Assembly: GCA_051362555.1 (NCBI GenBank)
Contig: CM120642.1
Location: 19,778,001 to 19,842,000, forward strand
Source of the DNA: Lingula anatina
Lineage: Eukaryota; Animalia; Brachiopoda
Direction of reading: 5' to 3'
Length of the DNA: 64,000 bases
In this document: in pieces, positions 51,291 through 64,000 of the stretch
How the letters are laid out: each line of letters starts with the position of its first letter
How positions within the stretch are numbered: the stretch's first letter is position 1
The notes under the pieces: model-generated
What the model was told of the DNA's origin: nothing
Databases searched by the model: none
Seen by the model: the letters and a program-made list of their open reading frames with translations, nothing else
Program-made: the position numbers and the translations under genes

Positions 51291-52741
51291 ACCCTCCATG
51301 AGCACGTAATTTTCGTGTTTACGTTAACGTAAACATTCATCTATCTTTAAGCAATTACCTTAGCACGTGCATGTACAAACATACTAGCAAATTGATAAGC
51401 ACGCACGTACACGTCCGTTCGCGCCCTTTGCTTGCCACATCCTTACCTGAAGTCACATAATGCCTGCGAGCTTGATGTATTCATGCGTACTATTTGTGCT
51501 TTTTTGTTGATCCCTTTTGTTAACAGACGCCCATATTGATTCTTATAACTACGCAGTTTGAAATGAAAGTAACCGTTTATACGGCGGCCATACTTTACAC
51601 ATTCATTTTCAAATTCCTTGTGCCAGTACTGCCTATTAAAGAAGGGCATCTATTTACCTGTCAAAACTAACGTGTGAATGAGAAGTTGGGGTACTAGCAG
51701 GAATAGATGTGTATGTGGCGTTTCACATCACTTAATTCTCATTTGCAATTGATCAGTAAGAAACAGAAAATGTGGATACTGATTTTTCCCGAGAAAAGTC
51801 TGGTTTACGGTCCGTCAGCGTAATCAGTTATCCATGCAATGGAAAAATATACATTTCAGGTGCTTATTTATTTATCTTGGACCAAAGTCAACTTAAAGTT
51901 TGGCCTAAAAGTTCTTTTCTTAACAGGCCACGGCTGTAATTTGAAATGTGGAAGAGGTCGCTCTATAAATGGGAGGAACCCATAGCCAGAGGAGGGGAAT
52001 GTAGAAAAACCTGTGACGTTTGTCAATCTTATTGGTAAATATTAAAAATAATGACATTAACGGTAAACAGATATTATGGTTGAAACAAATGCTGGGGAGC
52101 AGTTCAGAAAAACAAAAAATCCGAGGACTGTTATCAGTGGAACGTGCATCTTTAAAGCGACTGGTCAATAAGCCTGGTCTTACCGGCGCGTTGTCATTAA
52201 GTTAAAAATTACTTTTTAAGTTAAGAATACACTTTCCATTACAAAATTGCTGTATACTAATCCAATCAAGCATTTAACAGACAGTACCACAGAAGCGAGT
52301 TAAATGCTAGGAAATAATACCTATCAGGTACATGTTGTACGTACAGGTAAGCCGTATACTTACTGAATGGAGTATTAGCTGCGTCACTACACAGCGTCTC
52401 CCTGGCCCAAAATGACCTCGAAATATTGATTTAAAGCTTTTAATAGCATAATAGGCGAGATCACATCATATTTATATAATCGTTGTTTGGTATTAACCCC
52501 CAATTTCACGTCACAGGGACAAATTAGGACATAATTACTGATGACTACCCGGGCAGATGACACGGAAGTGATTGAAGGGGACCCCTGGTTATCTGACTGT
52601 CATAGGAGTGCATATATTTGCCGTTCTAATAAAAGATCTTTAAGCGATTTGGGGATGAAATGTAATGAAATCGTATATGTATTGCTTACTTGTTGGTGAG
52701 CCAAAGCGTAAATTAATATATACTGATCTTGCTGCCACTTA

Positions 52742-52916
52742 GGTCCCATTCAGGATAGGGGACTAAGTAATCCGAGGGTCAAATATGGCCGACCCACTTG
52801 AATACTTCTCGCGGGATATCTAATTCTTTATCTATTAGAGGATTGGACGGCAAGCTTTGTAGTGGGTGGCCATATTTGACCCTGGGACTAGTAAGTCCGC
52901 TATTCTGAATGCGGCC
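52742..52916. mobile_element. PIF/Harbinger-like MITE, family M3 (175 bp)
   Basis: ggtcccattcaggatag...agggtcaaatatggcc / ggccatatttgaccct...ctattctgaatgcggcc inverted arms, preceded by TTA. Confidence 0.75.
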
Positions 52917-55676
52917 TCGCAGCCCTTAAGCGTAACACATTTTATAAATATATGTACCGTATGCCTATTAGCTCGTAAGCTTTCTAAAGATCGGAGAAGG
53001 TGCGACCGCAGGGCTTATTCAAATATTTGATTTCACTTCGTCCCGTCGCTATTATATGAAAAAAGTCAGGGGAACTGGAAAACAGACCCCACTGCAATTG
53101 TTCATTTCTGTCACTGAACCAAAAGAATTTTAATAATAATTATGCTATTCTTGAAATCGTTTTACTTCTGAGGCATGCATTAAATTATCAAAAACACCCT
53201 CGGAAGACACCATGTTGGGTACAGTTACCTTTTAGTTATTTTATAAAAAGGGAAGGCACCGGGTAAAGGGATGTAGTTGTCTGGATTTTCTGGCCCGTGA
53301 TAAATCTGCACTCTGTATTGGGGTAGTCGTAACAAAAGACAGCTTCTCTTGCTATTATTACACTGTGACACAATAAGGTGTGAAATGTACGCGCGACTTT
53401 CCGAGGCTCACCGCAATGGAGGCTCTTATAATAGCATTCACTCGCTTAAAACCGCTTTGCCAGTTGACACTATCTCAGGTCAATGAAGTTATCGTCTATC
53501 AATATCAACAATATTCACTGCCAATGGCTTTCTTACCAGTGTTTACAACACCTTACGCCACAACGAGTAGACACATATTGATTCTTGTTCACATATTTAA
53601 GACCTGACAGAGAAACATACTGACAGATGTACCTTAAAGTTCTTTCCCTTCCTGCAGTTCTTTTCGCCACGTTGACTTTAAGGTGAAGTAAATTGGTAGT
53701 CGGTGAATTGGTCTGGGATTTATGCGGGAACTAACTAGGCGACACCGCGTTTATGTGAACAACAAGGATTTTTTGTCGTTCCATTTTAAGCCTTTAAGAA
53801 TGACGATTTACATAATGGCAAATCTCGTTTGAATACGATAAAAAAGGAGGCTATTGTAGTGTACGTTTAGGCATTTTAGGTATTTTGTTGTATTGATACG
53901 GAGGTTTTCTATGCACAATAGCGTAGGGAATAAAGCTACATCCTGAATAACATACACTTTTGTTCGGAACTGGTTACTGGTGCATAATACGCCATTCTAT
54001 ATTATTCTTATACAATTGTAATTTCAACGTGTAAACTGTTTATATTCATCCAAAATTAAGTTATTATACATGTGCATGTATCATTCATTGGTTTAACACA
54101 GAAGTCGTGAGTCCTAAATTTAACAGCTTTACCCATTAAGAAGTGCTGACATTGGGCAGTGGCAACGAATATATCAACCTTCCAAATGGGATCATGTCAT
54201 TATTTTTCAGAATGTCCACCCAACTTCTAATTCCCCTCCTCCAGGCGACTTTTGGGTTGTTCTACATTGTGCCTGTTACAAAATCGGATGAAATAGGACT
54301 TTAGCCTCAGTCACAACCGGACGCAGATTTTAGGACCGTACGTCCCCTACGAATTTTGGGTGCAGTGGAGGTCGTGAGGTTCGTAGAGGTAGAGGAAAAT
54401 CTGCCTTGCGACTTATACACGGTAAGTAGATGTGCCAAAACATAACAAATTGCAGCAAATTTTCAACAACTGTGATTTTTCTTGCAACAACCTGCAAACA
54501 GTTTCTTGCAAACTATCTGGTTTGCAGCAAATTTGCTGCAAATTTTTTGCAAGTTTGCTGCAAACTTTTCATTTTGCTAAGGGTATTGAGCAGTTAAGTG
54601 AGAACTGTTCACTATAACACTGTCCCAGATGTGAGACAGGCTCTGCCTCCCTCCTTGTTAAGTGAAGGTCCCTGGACCTGTATGTAAATGGCTTCCTTCA
54701 CTCCTGAACCACAGGGGGTCACGGTCTAAGGAAGATCTCAGGCATGCTTTCATCCTATTTTGTAGAAATTTGAACAGTTTAAATGTATATCATCACGAAT
54801 AACACTACTACACAGATCAACTTTCATCAGAATGACAAACTTCTTTTCTTTGGAAACGTCGTTAATGTTCGTTCGCCCGCATACTGGAAATGTGTCCCCT
54901 ATATGCTTATTTACTCTGTGTAACCCCCCCCCCTTCCCTGTGAAAAACTTCGTTGGGATTTATGTAAACAGCCTATATTAAACATCACAAAGATAACACA
55001 CAGAAAACAAGCATTTATGGTGAAATTGATAAAATGTATTCACATCTGGAATTTTGGTACACTTGGTGTGTGGACATCTAACAATGACAATATTTTAATA
55101 TGTTTAAAAATATGTTAAAAATATCTTTTCAAAGTATCCCCAGACTCCAAAAATGAGCTCATCCTATTACATGTATCATTAGGATTCATCTGTAGGTGAC
55201 ACAAAGTCTCGTGATTGTATAAAATCTATGACAATAATATTTCAAAATATTTATCTCATGCATGAAAATATATAATTGAAATAATACATTATCTGATTAA
55301 AAATGATAAAACAATTCAACTTGCATGGTGAAAAAGGTGTCTAGATAGCTAGATGGCTGTTTATATTCAAATAAACGTCTCACACTTATTTACACACTTA
55401 TTTAACGTGAAATATCCCGCAGAGTTACGTCTACATGAAAGAACACTTATAAAGCTGATGTAATTATGTTTTCTTTGAGGTGGTTAGTTCTGATAATAAC
55501 ACTCCCTATTTTAAATGTTATTTTAGATAACGGGCTCCACTGATGTGCTGGAAATATCGTGTTATATGTTCTATGTACAGATTGAATTAAAAAAAAACGC
55601 AAGGAAAGGCGCACACAAAGGCGTGACAATTATTTGTAAGTTACAAATAGCCAGTTTATAAAATCCTGTCAAAATC

Positions 55677-58656
55677 TCAACCGTTGAAATTATTCCCAGC
55701 ATTCTTCAAGGCCATGTCAATGTTATGTTTGATTGCCTCTTGCACCTTCTGTATTTTGGTCTCCAAATTTTTGTTCCACCGTGAGAGTTTGTCGTCGAAG
55801 CTTCTGAGTTTGCCGTCAGCAGTTTTCTCCCAAGCATTCCGTGCCTTTTCCATTTTTTCGTTTGTCTTTGCCTGACGGTCCAATGCAAGCTTTATCGAGG
55901 TGTCATGCTCGGTGTATTTATTGTGCATTTCGTTTTCTGCTTTTCTTTGTTCAGCACGCATGTCTTGAAGATTTTTCTGAACCATTTGGTTCATTTCCTG
56001 CTGCTGTTCTTCAACTACCTTCATCTGAAAGGAAAAGGGTAACGAGCTCATCAAAAATCATAATTAGCATGTACAAACCGTATGTATAACTTGTGATGAT
56101 ACAAGAATTACCAAACGTTTTTATAAGATCTCAAAGTCGCATCAATTGTGTCTACTAAAACACATTTCGTTTTTTGGCAAGATCCACTGGGATGTCATCA
56201 TTCCCAGCGCCACTAACGTTTAATATAATCGATCGTCTCCATATATTGAAGATTTTTATATAATGGCTCAATTGCATTTTTTCATATAAAATTGATCATT
56301 GAAGACTTAGGCTGCATTCAGAACAGTGGACTAACTAGTCCGCGGGTCAAATATGACAACCAACTAAAAAGCTTGCCGCGTAATTCGCTAATAGAAACTG
56401 AATAGATTGGCCGTGAGAAAGTATTCAAGTGGGTCGGCCATATTTGATCTGCAGACTTGTTAGTCCGCTGTTGTGAATGTGGCCTTACTCTGCTTTGAAG
56501 CTCCTGGCCAAGAGAATGAATATCTTGTTCCATGCGACTGGTGGCCTCGTTCACTTGTTGTCTAAGCTCATCTGACAAAAACCCAAAGTCGCGTCTCATT
56601 TCCTTTTCAAAATCCTCTTGTCTCATCTTCTGCTGGTTTTTAAACGTTTCGAACTGTGTCTGTAGCATTTCCATACCCTCCTGATGGAGAGTGGTCAAAG
56701 CGGCCTAAAATGAAATAGAAAACAAACTTGCAACACACTAGGGAAACGTGACAGAAAATATATATATATATTTATATAATGTATAGATTTATGTATAGTA
56801 TAGGCACTTGTGATGTACCGGTACATAGAGTGGTTATCCAGGCAGTATATATATGACACTTAATCCTCACCCTAGGCCACCGATGCTGTCGTGCTGTAGT
56901 ATTTGACAAGGCACTTCTTATTTAAAATTATTTTGCTTAAATATCATAGTCATAACCTGATTATTCAAAATATATACCTTATGGTTTTCATACATGTTTT
57001 GTACATCTGTTTTGTGTTGGGCGAAGTTTGACGCCATTGTTTTCTTGAAATTGTTCTGATCAGTCTCCGCCTTCTTAATGTTGCTACGCGTCTCATTTTT
57101 GTGTTGACTATTTTCTGCATTGACCATTGTTTGGAAATCTTTCAATTTTTCTTCCATTTTTTCTTCCTAAAATTTCAATAAGTTTTAACACAACATTATG
57201 CCCAATATAAGTTCTGCAACTGAGTTTATATGAATTGATTAATATGCAATGAATTCAACGCAAGGCACAAGATTTAAAAAAAATGGACCCGCATATTAAG
57301 CAGTACACACGTACGTCACTTCCTGTTAAACCCACACGTACAATTCGACGCTCATGTGTACAGATCACAAAATAGTCCCCCAAATTTTTAATTAATTTAA
57401 ATGGAATCGGTTGCTTTTGCATACAAATTGTTTTATAGTGACCTTGCCTTGTGGCCTATCGCTGACTTACCCAAGTTTTGTTTTGTGCTTTCCAAGTGTC
57501 CACGTCGTCTTTGATCGTGTAGAACCAATCTTTAGCCCTCTCCTCTGCTGACACTGCGCTGTTCTCCAAGTTCTGTCGAGTAATTCCCTCCGTTTGGAGG
57601 TAGGTGTCGACTCTCCACTCTAGGATTTGCTGAGCAGTTGAAGTTTCACTTTCATCTGTTAAAAAAGGATAAAACTGGTTTCAGTGAATCAGTGAAATAA
57701 AATGAAAAACACACTGCTCTCCTTGACACAATCTTCTTTAATGTTACCATGTTGGTTTACTATATACTTGCTTATTATATTGAGCCATTGTTAATTAAAA
57801 TACCTGCTCTATAGAGATCAATACATTCATCCCCTCCTTCTGTTTTATCAAAAGCCACTCCATTTTCTCTCCAGAATTTCTCAACGTTAGCGGCTAGACT
57901 GTCCGTTACCCAGTAGAACCCACAGTTGTTGGTATCGGTATCGTCAATAGTATACGATGTTCCGCCTTTGCTTCTAAGTCCTCCCTTTTGAAGTAAGTAC
58001 AAGAGCGGGCACCGCCGGGCACCTCTTGGTTGGTGAATAGTTACCTGCAGAGGGAAAGGAATAAATGCACAGCAGAACTTGCAGGAAAAATCACAATACA
58101 CACAAACTGCACGTAGTTATACAATCCCGGTACACTAGTACGTTTTTTGTTATAGACAAAATACTGGTGCCTAGGAAACTAAAAGGGCGATGTCATTACC
58201 ATTACTGCTGTGTTCGCTTGTTAAAGATAAGCACAATTTAAGTGAATTAAAATAACTGAAACACTGACGTACTTCACACCGCGAAGCACGCTCGATTAAG
58301 GTCTGGTGGACGTTGTCTGGGTTGGCAAAGGTTGTGAGGAAGATGGTTTCGTAGAGCACCATGTCCAGTTGAATGGGTGGGCTGTTTGGATTGCCAAACT
58401 CTCCTCGCTTGAAAGAAGTCATGATGTGTGAGACACAGTAGTCACTCAAGTACTCTACCGGATTATGAGCTCTGTCTTGTGGATTGATGTTCAGCGCTGC
58501 GGCACCTGGCGGCGATACATAAACTTCATATCAGTTTACTTAAGTGCAAATTTACGTAGTATATGTGTGTTCCTACCTTCCTTTTTTTCGTTTTAGCGGA
58601 CACCATATATGCCAAACATGCCACGTATGACAGTCTTTGAAATTATACTGAAACAA

Positions 58657-58706
<50 letters not shown>

Positions 58707-60195
58707 CATTACCTCCACCAAGGAGGTTATGTTTTCACCCCTGTTTGTTTGTCTGTCTGCCTGTCTGTCTGTTTTTTGATGAAATTTTAAGGAACTGTCA
58801 GAAGTGGACCAAGCAACAAATGATTTTGGTGGTGATCCGGATCAATAATCAATCAATAATCAAAAATTAAAAAAAAAAACTAAATCATTATAGAAATAGA
58901 CAAACAAACAAACATCAGTGAAAGCATATCCTCCTTGGCGGAGGTAATGAAAATTTAGGGGTGAAACGGCATTGGGTGGAGACTTTGTTGCCTTGGCGGA
59001 GGTCTGCGCTCTCGGAGTGCTTTTCAAGTTATTATTTGAATCATTATGGAGGGAAAATGAGGACAAGCTATAAGGTTATTATATACTGTGCAAAGTTCCT
59101 TACTGATCAGACTGGTACCAATTTTAAAATTATCAAATTCTGCCAATGGTCCTATGCAACTAGCATTGCAGTTTTCACCTTGTAAGATTTTTATTTGTTC
59201 AGCATAACACAGCGTCAAATAGAACGCCGCATTGGTGATTGTCCGGTCTAACTCTGCCATAACGACGACGAAGTCGATCTGCTTTGCCTCCTTTTTTCCT
59301 TTCGGTCTTGTAAATTGAATGCCCCTAGTTGCCCTGTTTTTCATGGCACTGAGAGCTGCGACAATCTAAAAAAACAAACGTAATTTACGTGTTTGTCCAG
59401 CTCAATACACTTTAAAGCAGCAAGAGTTATCTTAGCCACGTTAAACAACCAAAGTACTGATATTTGGAAAATGCTGCTACATATTGAAAGGTTTATAATA
59501 TTTTTTTAATTATCGCTACCATAATAGTTAATCAAAATAACTAAAGTTCAATAATGCGTGGCTATGCACAGCATAAGCTGCGTGACGTACCGATTTATTA
59601 GAATGTTTTTCTGGATCAGCGACTTCTTCGTCTTGTCCAAACAATTCCACTGTGGATCCTCCGTCTTTAGTTTTGATACCACCGCAGGCAGCCTAACATA
59701 GATGTCACATTTTATATATGTAAATATCACACCTTTTTATGGGGGAATGCACGACCCTCCCTCCCTCCCTCTCTCTCTCTTTCTCTCTCAAGTGCAGAAT
59801 TTACTGAAATAAATACTCTTAAATTTCTTAACCGTTCTATTATTTTTCACTACTATTATTACTACTGTACTTTGCCCCTATCTTCATTTTCTTCAAGTTG
59901 AGAGTTACTGTACCATAATAGTTTTTTTACAAAATCATAACAAGAAAATACACTTAGGGCTTACTTACCTCACATCGAGCAAGCCATGTGTGCAGTTTTG
60001 ATCTAAATGTCTCGAAAAAGACATACTTTTCTCCTTTGTTTTCTTTGAACCTCTCATTGGCTTGCTGCTTTCGTTTGATAGCTGCTTGTTCAATCGTTAA
60101 TATTGCTTGCATTGCATGCGCTTGAACCATCTGAAATCAATGACATTCCTGTATGTTAAACTATCTGATATTTTTGAAAACAGGTCATTCCGCAA

Positions 60196-60232
<37 letters not shown>

Positions 60233-60796
60233 TATAAATAACAAAAGAATGACGCTCTGAGTAACGTTAGTGACGCATACATTCATTGAGGATTGCTTCA
60301 GGATTTTTCACTCAAACACTAAATTAGTAATTCGCCTGTCTGCAACTCTGTGGTTGCGAGCATATGAAAAATACGCACATCCATTCAACGTTTTCTGAAA
60401 AAAAAATGCTATTTACACTATAACATATACAATATTGCAGCTCCGGCTAAATCCTGAAATGTTCATGACATACACGTACACATTTTAAGAACACGTACCT
60501 CCTCCTTGAGCAGCTCTAGCTCTGCGCCATGTTTCAGTCTTTCACGCGGTGTGACTGCTTTCTTGGCTTTGTCCTCTCTGTCAGTGATTTCCGTATAGAT
60601 ACTCTCTCGTGTGACCTCCAGGTTGGCAATTTTCTGGTTTACATCGTCGGCACGATCGAAGAGCTTTTCAGCGTCATCTGCGATAGCTTCTGTTGGGTCG
60701 GTGTACAACATGGTAGTCTTAGTTTTGACCTTGAAAAGGAAAACACTAGAAAAACCACTGTCAAATTCAAGGTTTTTCCAAAGGAAAAAGGTAGAA

Positions 60797-60874
<78 letters not shown>

Positions 60875-63800
60875 CAAGAAACCAAAAACAAGTTAGAGGT
60901 TGACAATAAATGGGACATTGGCAAGGGACAAAACGTGTCTCTCACTTACGCACTTGAAAGCAAGAAATCTAAACGTGGACAGTATATATGTAGAAAAATA
61001 GGGATAAGATGGATAAAATGGCTGATTATCAAAGAGGCGCTAATAAGACTGGCAGGTAGGGGATTGAGTTGGAAATACCTACTGGTTCCCCATATTGTAT
61101 GGTGTCCCTATCATCTCCAATCCTCACGTTTAGAATCATTCACAGCTTACCTTTTGACTAATATTGCTCAAATAACTCTCATCTTCAATGTCATCAATGT
61201 TGTCAACGTTGGCAAAGCGCTTTACCATTCCATTCAGAAAGCTGTCTAATATCTTCTGTACATTTCTGCTGCCAGTCAGCTTACGTTCTGCAAAAGTAAC
61301 GTGATAAATAATAAAAATGGGACCGGGTTAAGTGCATTTAACAAGTATATATTTTTTAATTTATAAGTTTTGATAATAATGAAGATGTCTTTCTAAGCTA
61401 GTGCCTTCTTATAATGTTACTTGGATGTTAAAGAATATGTACATAAAATACAATCGGTATAAACAAAAGTGCCACGTTAACAAGTCTAATATGTCTCAGA
61501 CCAGCAACCGTTTCTCTAGCCTTTTGATAAGGATTTGAAATATTATTTTTCTTGAAAACTCTATACATATACATACCTGAAGTATCCTCTTCAAGCTCCT
61601 TAAGATGGTCTTTCAGTTTTTTCAATATCTCTTGTGCATTTCTACGAGTGGCCTCGTATATCAGTTGTTTGCAAATCTTGATCTTTCTCAGGCGGTTCTG
61701 GTATTTCTCCTTTATGAAGGCGTCAATGATTTTCATATTCCCTTTCTTCGTGGCATTGATCAATTCCGCATCCGAGAATTTCGGTTTTTCTAAAATGTGA
61801 TAAATAAATATATAAATACGTACTGTAAAACATATGCTGAATTCTATCACCTCACGTTTTACTTAGTCCAGCTCAAATAATTTCAAACTTACACCATACA
61901 ATTTGTATAGAAACCAATATCTGAACATTAAATTACATATTCTGTGTAAGCATTATGCAATACGTTCAGCAGGCGTGAAAATAGTTGTTCCTATCAGTTG
62001 ACTGTAGCGAACATTATTTCAAACTAACTTCAAGGCTCCTAATAGGGTGTTAATGACTAGCATGGTTAAGATACATAGGTGCTTTATATCTTAACACTGC
62101 TTTCCTTCATATGTATACTTACCTTTCTCAATTTCTTCTTCTTCGGGAAGCTCATCAGTCTCGAGAAAATGTGCTGTTTGGGTGTACCCTGCTTCTCGGG
62201 CAATCTGGGCAGCAGTTTTTCCATGTCTGTCAACCTCTGCTTTGTTGACACCGCACTCTCGAACCAGAAACTTCACCAGGGCAAAGTCGCCATTTTGGGC
62301 CGCTAAGCCGAGCGGGAATTCGCCTTTGTCGTTTTTGGTAACAAATTCTACTCCGTGCTCTTTAAGCAGCCTGGCGACTTCCTCTCCATGGTTGTTTTTG
62401 GTGACCAGAGTCCCCGCAGTTTCCCCGTCGGGGAGCGTCGTGAGGTCTATACCTTGGAGGGAAAAGATGGCTTTTAATTCATTGATGTCCCCGTGGCGCA
62501 AAGCTTCGTGGTACCGACGTTGTCCAACATGGCGGATGTATTCTTCCATGTCTGTGTTTCCAAGGTCCGCAGCCTCCTTCACCAAAGTGGTGGCGTTGAA
62601 CCTGTGAAAAAGGGAGGCTCCGTGGGACAACAGGTAGTGCACAAGTCGAAGGTTTCCTGATTGAACAGCGATTCTTGTGGCTGTGTTGCCATTGTAGGTC
62701 AATTCGTCTATATCGGCCCCTTCACGATGCAGTCTCATGACGGCCTCAACATCCCCTTGTCTTGCTGCTTCCCTGACTTGTTTGTTCTTCATTTTTTGTT
62801 TAAGATATTCGGCTATATCAAAAGACCATTTCTCTTGTGCAACTGTCACTGTGGACTTTCCATCAGGAAATATCCAACCAGGGTCAGCCCCATAAGTTAC
62901 CAAGTGCTTCACCATTTCTAAGTTTCCTTGCAGAACGGCCCGTGCGATGTTCGACGACGTATCGCCGTCTGCCATCTCTGGTGCCGCACCACGTTGTAAC
63001 AACACCAGGCAATCTTCAGCTTTGTTTTGCATTACAGCAGCCTTCAACCAAACGCCTAAACGACCGACGATATATGTCACAAGGCCAGTAAAACCCCTTT
63101 CTTTTGCGTAATCTAGCGGCGACTTCTGGTTTTGATCAGTGACACTCAGGGTATGCAAATTGGTTTGATCACACTCAACTAGGTAATTCAGTATTTCAGG
63201 TTTGTCCTGGCTTTGGCATAGGATCCCGACCAGCCCAAGAGGCATCGTGTCCGAGCACTGGTTGATGTTGCCACCGACCTTATGTAGAGTCTGCACTCTT
63301 TCTAAGGTCTCACGTTGTACTGCCTTAATTAGTTGACCGTTCACAAGTACCCGAACCAGCTGATCAGAGCAATGAAGGCACATATTGTATTGGCCTATCT
63401 TGTAAGTTTTCATATTTGGGTCAGTCTGTCGATTAGCTTCTTGTCTAAACTTTTCGGCAGACATTCTCGCTTCATCCATTGCTGTGTGTCCTCTCTTGTT
63501 TCGGTATCTTATGTCAGCGCCGTCGGCAACGGCCAAGGCTGCGTTGTCGTAATCGCCCCGTTGCGCTGCTTCCATTAGTTTTTCGTTCAGTGTTGTCCCA
63601 AGCAGCCCCCCGGTAACTTTTCGGAATCCAGACTCAAGTGGAATCATGGGCAAAGTCATGATCCGTGTCTCAGGAACAGTGACAGGGGGGCAAACATCTA
63701 CAGAATCAGAAGGCTTGGAAAAGCCTCTCTCTGTTTTGCCAGGAAGAGAGTGATCGTAGTCCAGCTCGTTTAGGGTGTTGACGATGTCATCCTGATTGCC

Positions 63801-64000
63801 TCGAATAGCTTCGTCTAGCGCTGACTTTCCTTCCACGTTTCGCTTATTTTCGTCTGCACCAAGTTTCAACAGGAAGTGCAAAATTGGTACATGACCGCCA
63901 ATAGCCGAATATATCAGAGGTGTGTTGCCATGATTGCACTGCCTATGGATGTCAGCGCCGAATCGATGAAGTAGTTGGACCATTTGGAAGTTACCTCTTT
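55677..64000 (-). CDS. Uncharacterised ankyrin-repeat / helical-domain / coiled-coil protein, paralog B (5' part outside window)
   Basis: Exons 62123->64000, 61577-61789, 61151-61287, 60499-60729, 59969-60130, 59591-59692, 59179-59365, 58273-58505, 57804-58044, 57471-57655, 56978-57166, 56489-56704, 55677-56024. All open and with the same phases as paralog A. Confidence 0.88.
56310..56484. mobile_element. PIF/Harbinger-like MITE, family M3 (175 bp), inserted in a splice donor
   Basis: GGCTGCATTCAGAACAG / CTGTTGTGAATGTGGCC TIRs with TTA TSD (56307-56309, 56485-56487). The empty site is visible in paralog A at ~35488. Confidence 0.85.
58709..59030 (+). mobile_element. HINE/Helentron-type element, same family as 44198-44706, short variant
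   Basis: Same 5' (TTACCTCCACCAAGGAGGT + TGTC microsatellite) and 3' (CCTTGGCGGAGGTCTGCGCTCTCGGAGTGCTTTTC) ends, ~1 internal unit. Absent from the paralog A intron. Confidence 0.8.

Larger units (their letters stand above)
54860..64000. repeat. Segmental tandem duplication, unit B (continues past the window end)
   Basis: Colinear with 33720-43050. Confidence 0.95.

Noticed and set aside
60463-61249. Long ORFs with IYIY runs (also poly-K/F ORFs at 27088-27403)
   Set aside because: Produced by (TA)n and poly-T tracts read through introns.
1-64000. tRNA, rRNA or snRNA genes
   Set aside because: No convincing cloverleaf, Pol III A/B-box pair or rRNA-like segment recognised by eye. A covariance-model scan would be needed to exclude them.

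Overview
AT-rich, intron-rich animal genomic DNA, most likely a lophotrochozoan invertebrate such as a mollusc (inferred from the repeat families). Manual splice reconstruction gives four minus-strand genes. (1) A 24-exon TRPA1-like ankyrin-repeat cation channel (7718-28010, ~1235 aa). (2) A 5-exon METTL27/WBSCR27-like methyltransferase (29813-33196, 219 aa). (3, 4) Two tandem paralogs, ~20.8 kb apart, of an uncharacterised large protein: copy A 35089-48933 (~1853 aa) and copy B 55677 to beyond the window. Its architecture is an N-myristoylation motif, a duplicated ankyrin super-module, an unrecognised helical domain and a C-terminal coiled coil. A probable last exon of a plus-strand gene lies at the window start. 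A young, 5'-truncated Rex1/Babar LINE sits ~80 bp downstream of the TRPA1 stop and is itself split by a 2.3 kb foldback DNA element with a clean target-site duplication. Introns carry many non-autonomous elements: Helentron/HINE-type elements with internal satellite arrays, PIF/Harbinger-like and CACTA-like MITEs, and an RTE remnant. The most unusual item is the tandem ankyrin gene pair, which shows a locally hypervariable coding patch amid near-identical sequence, variable coiled-coil tails, and one intron-rich plus one intronless copy of the same module. All exon coordinates and alignments were read by eye; no database searches were run.
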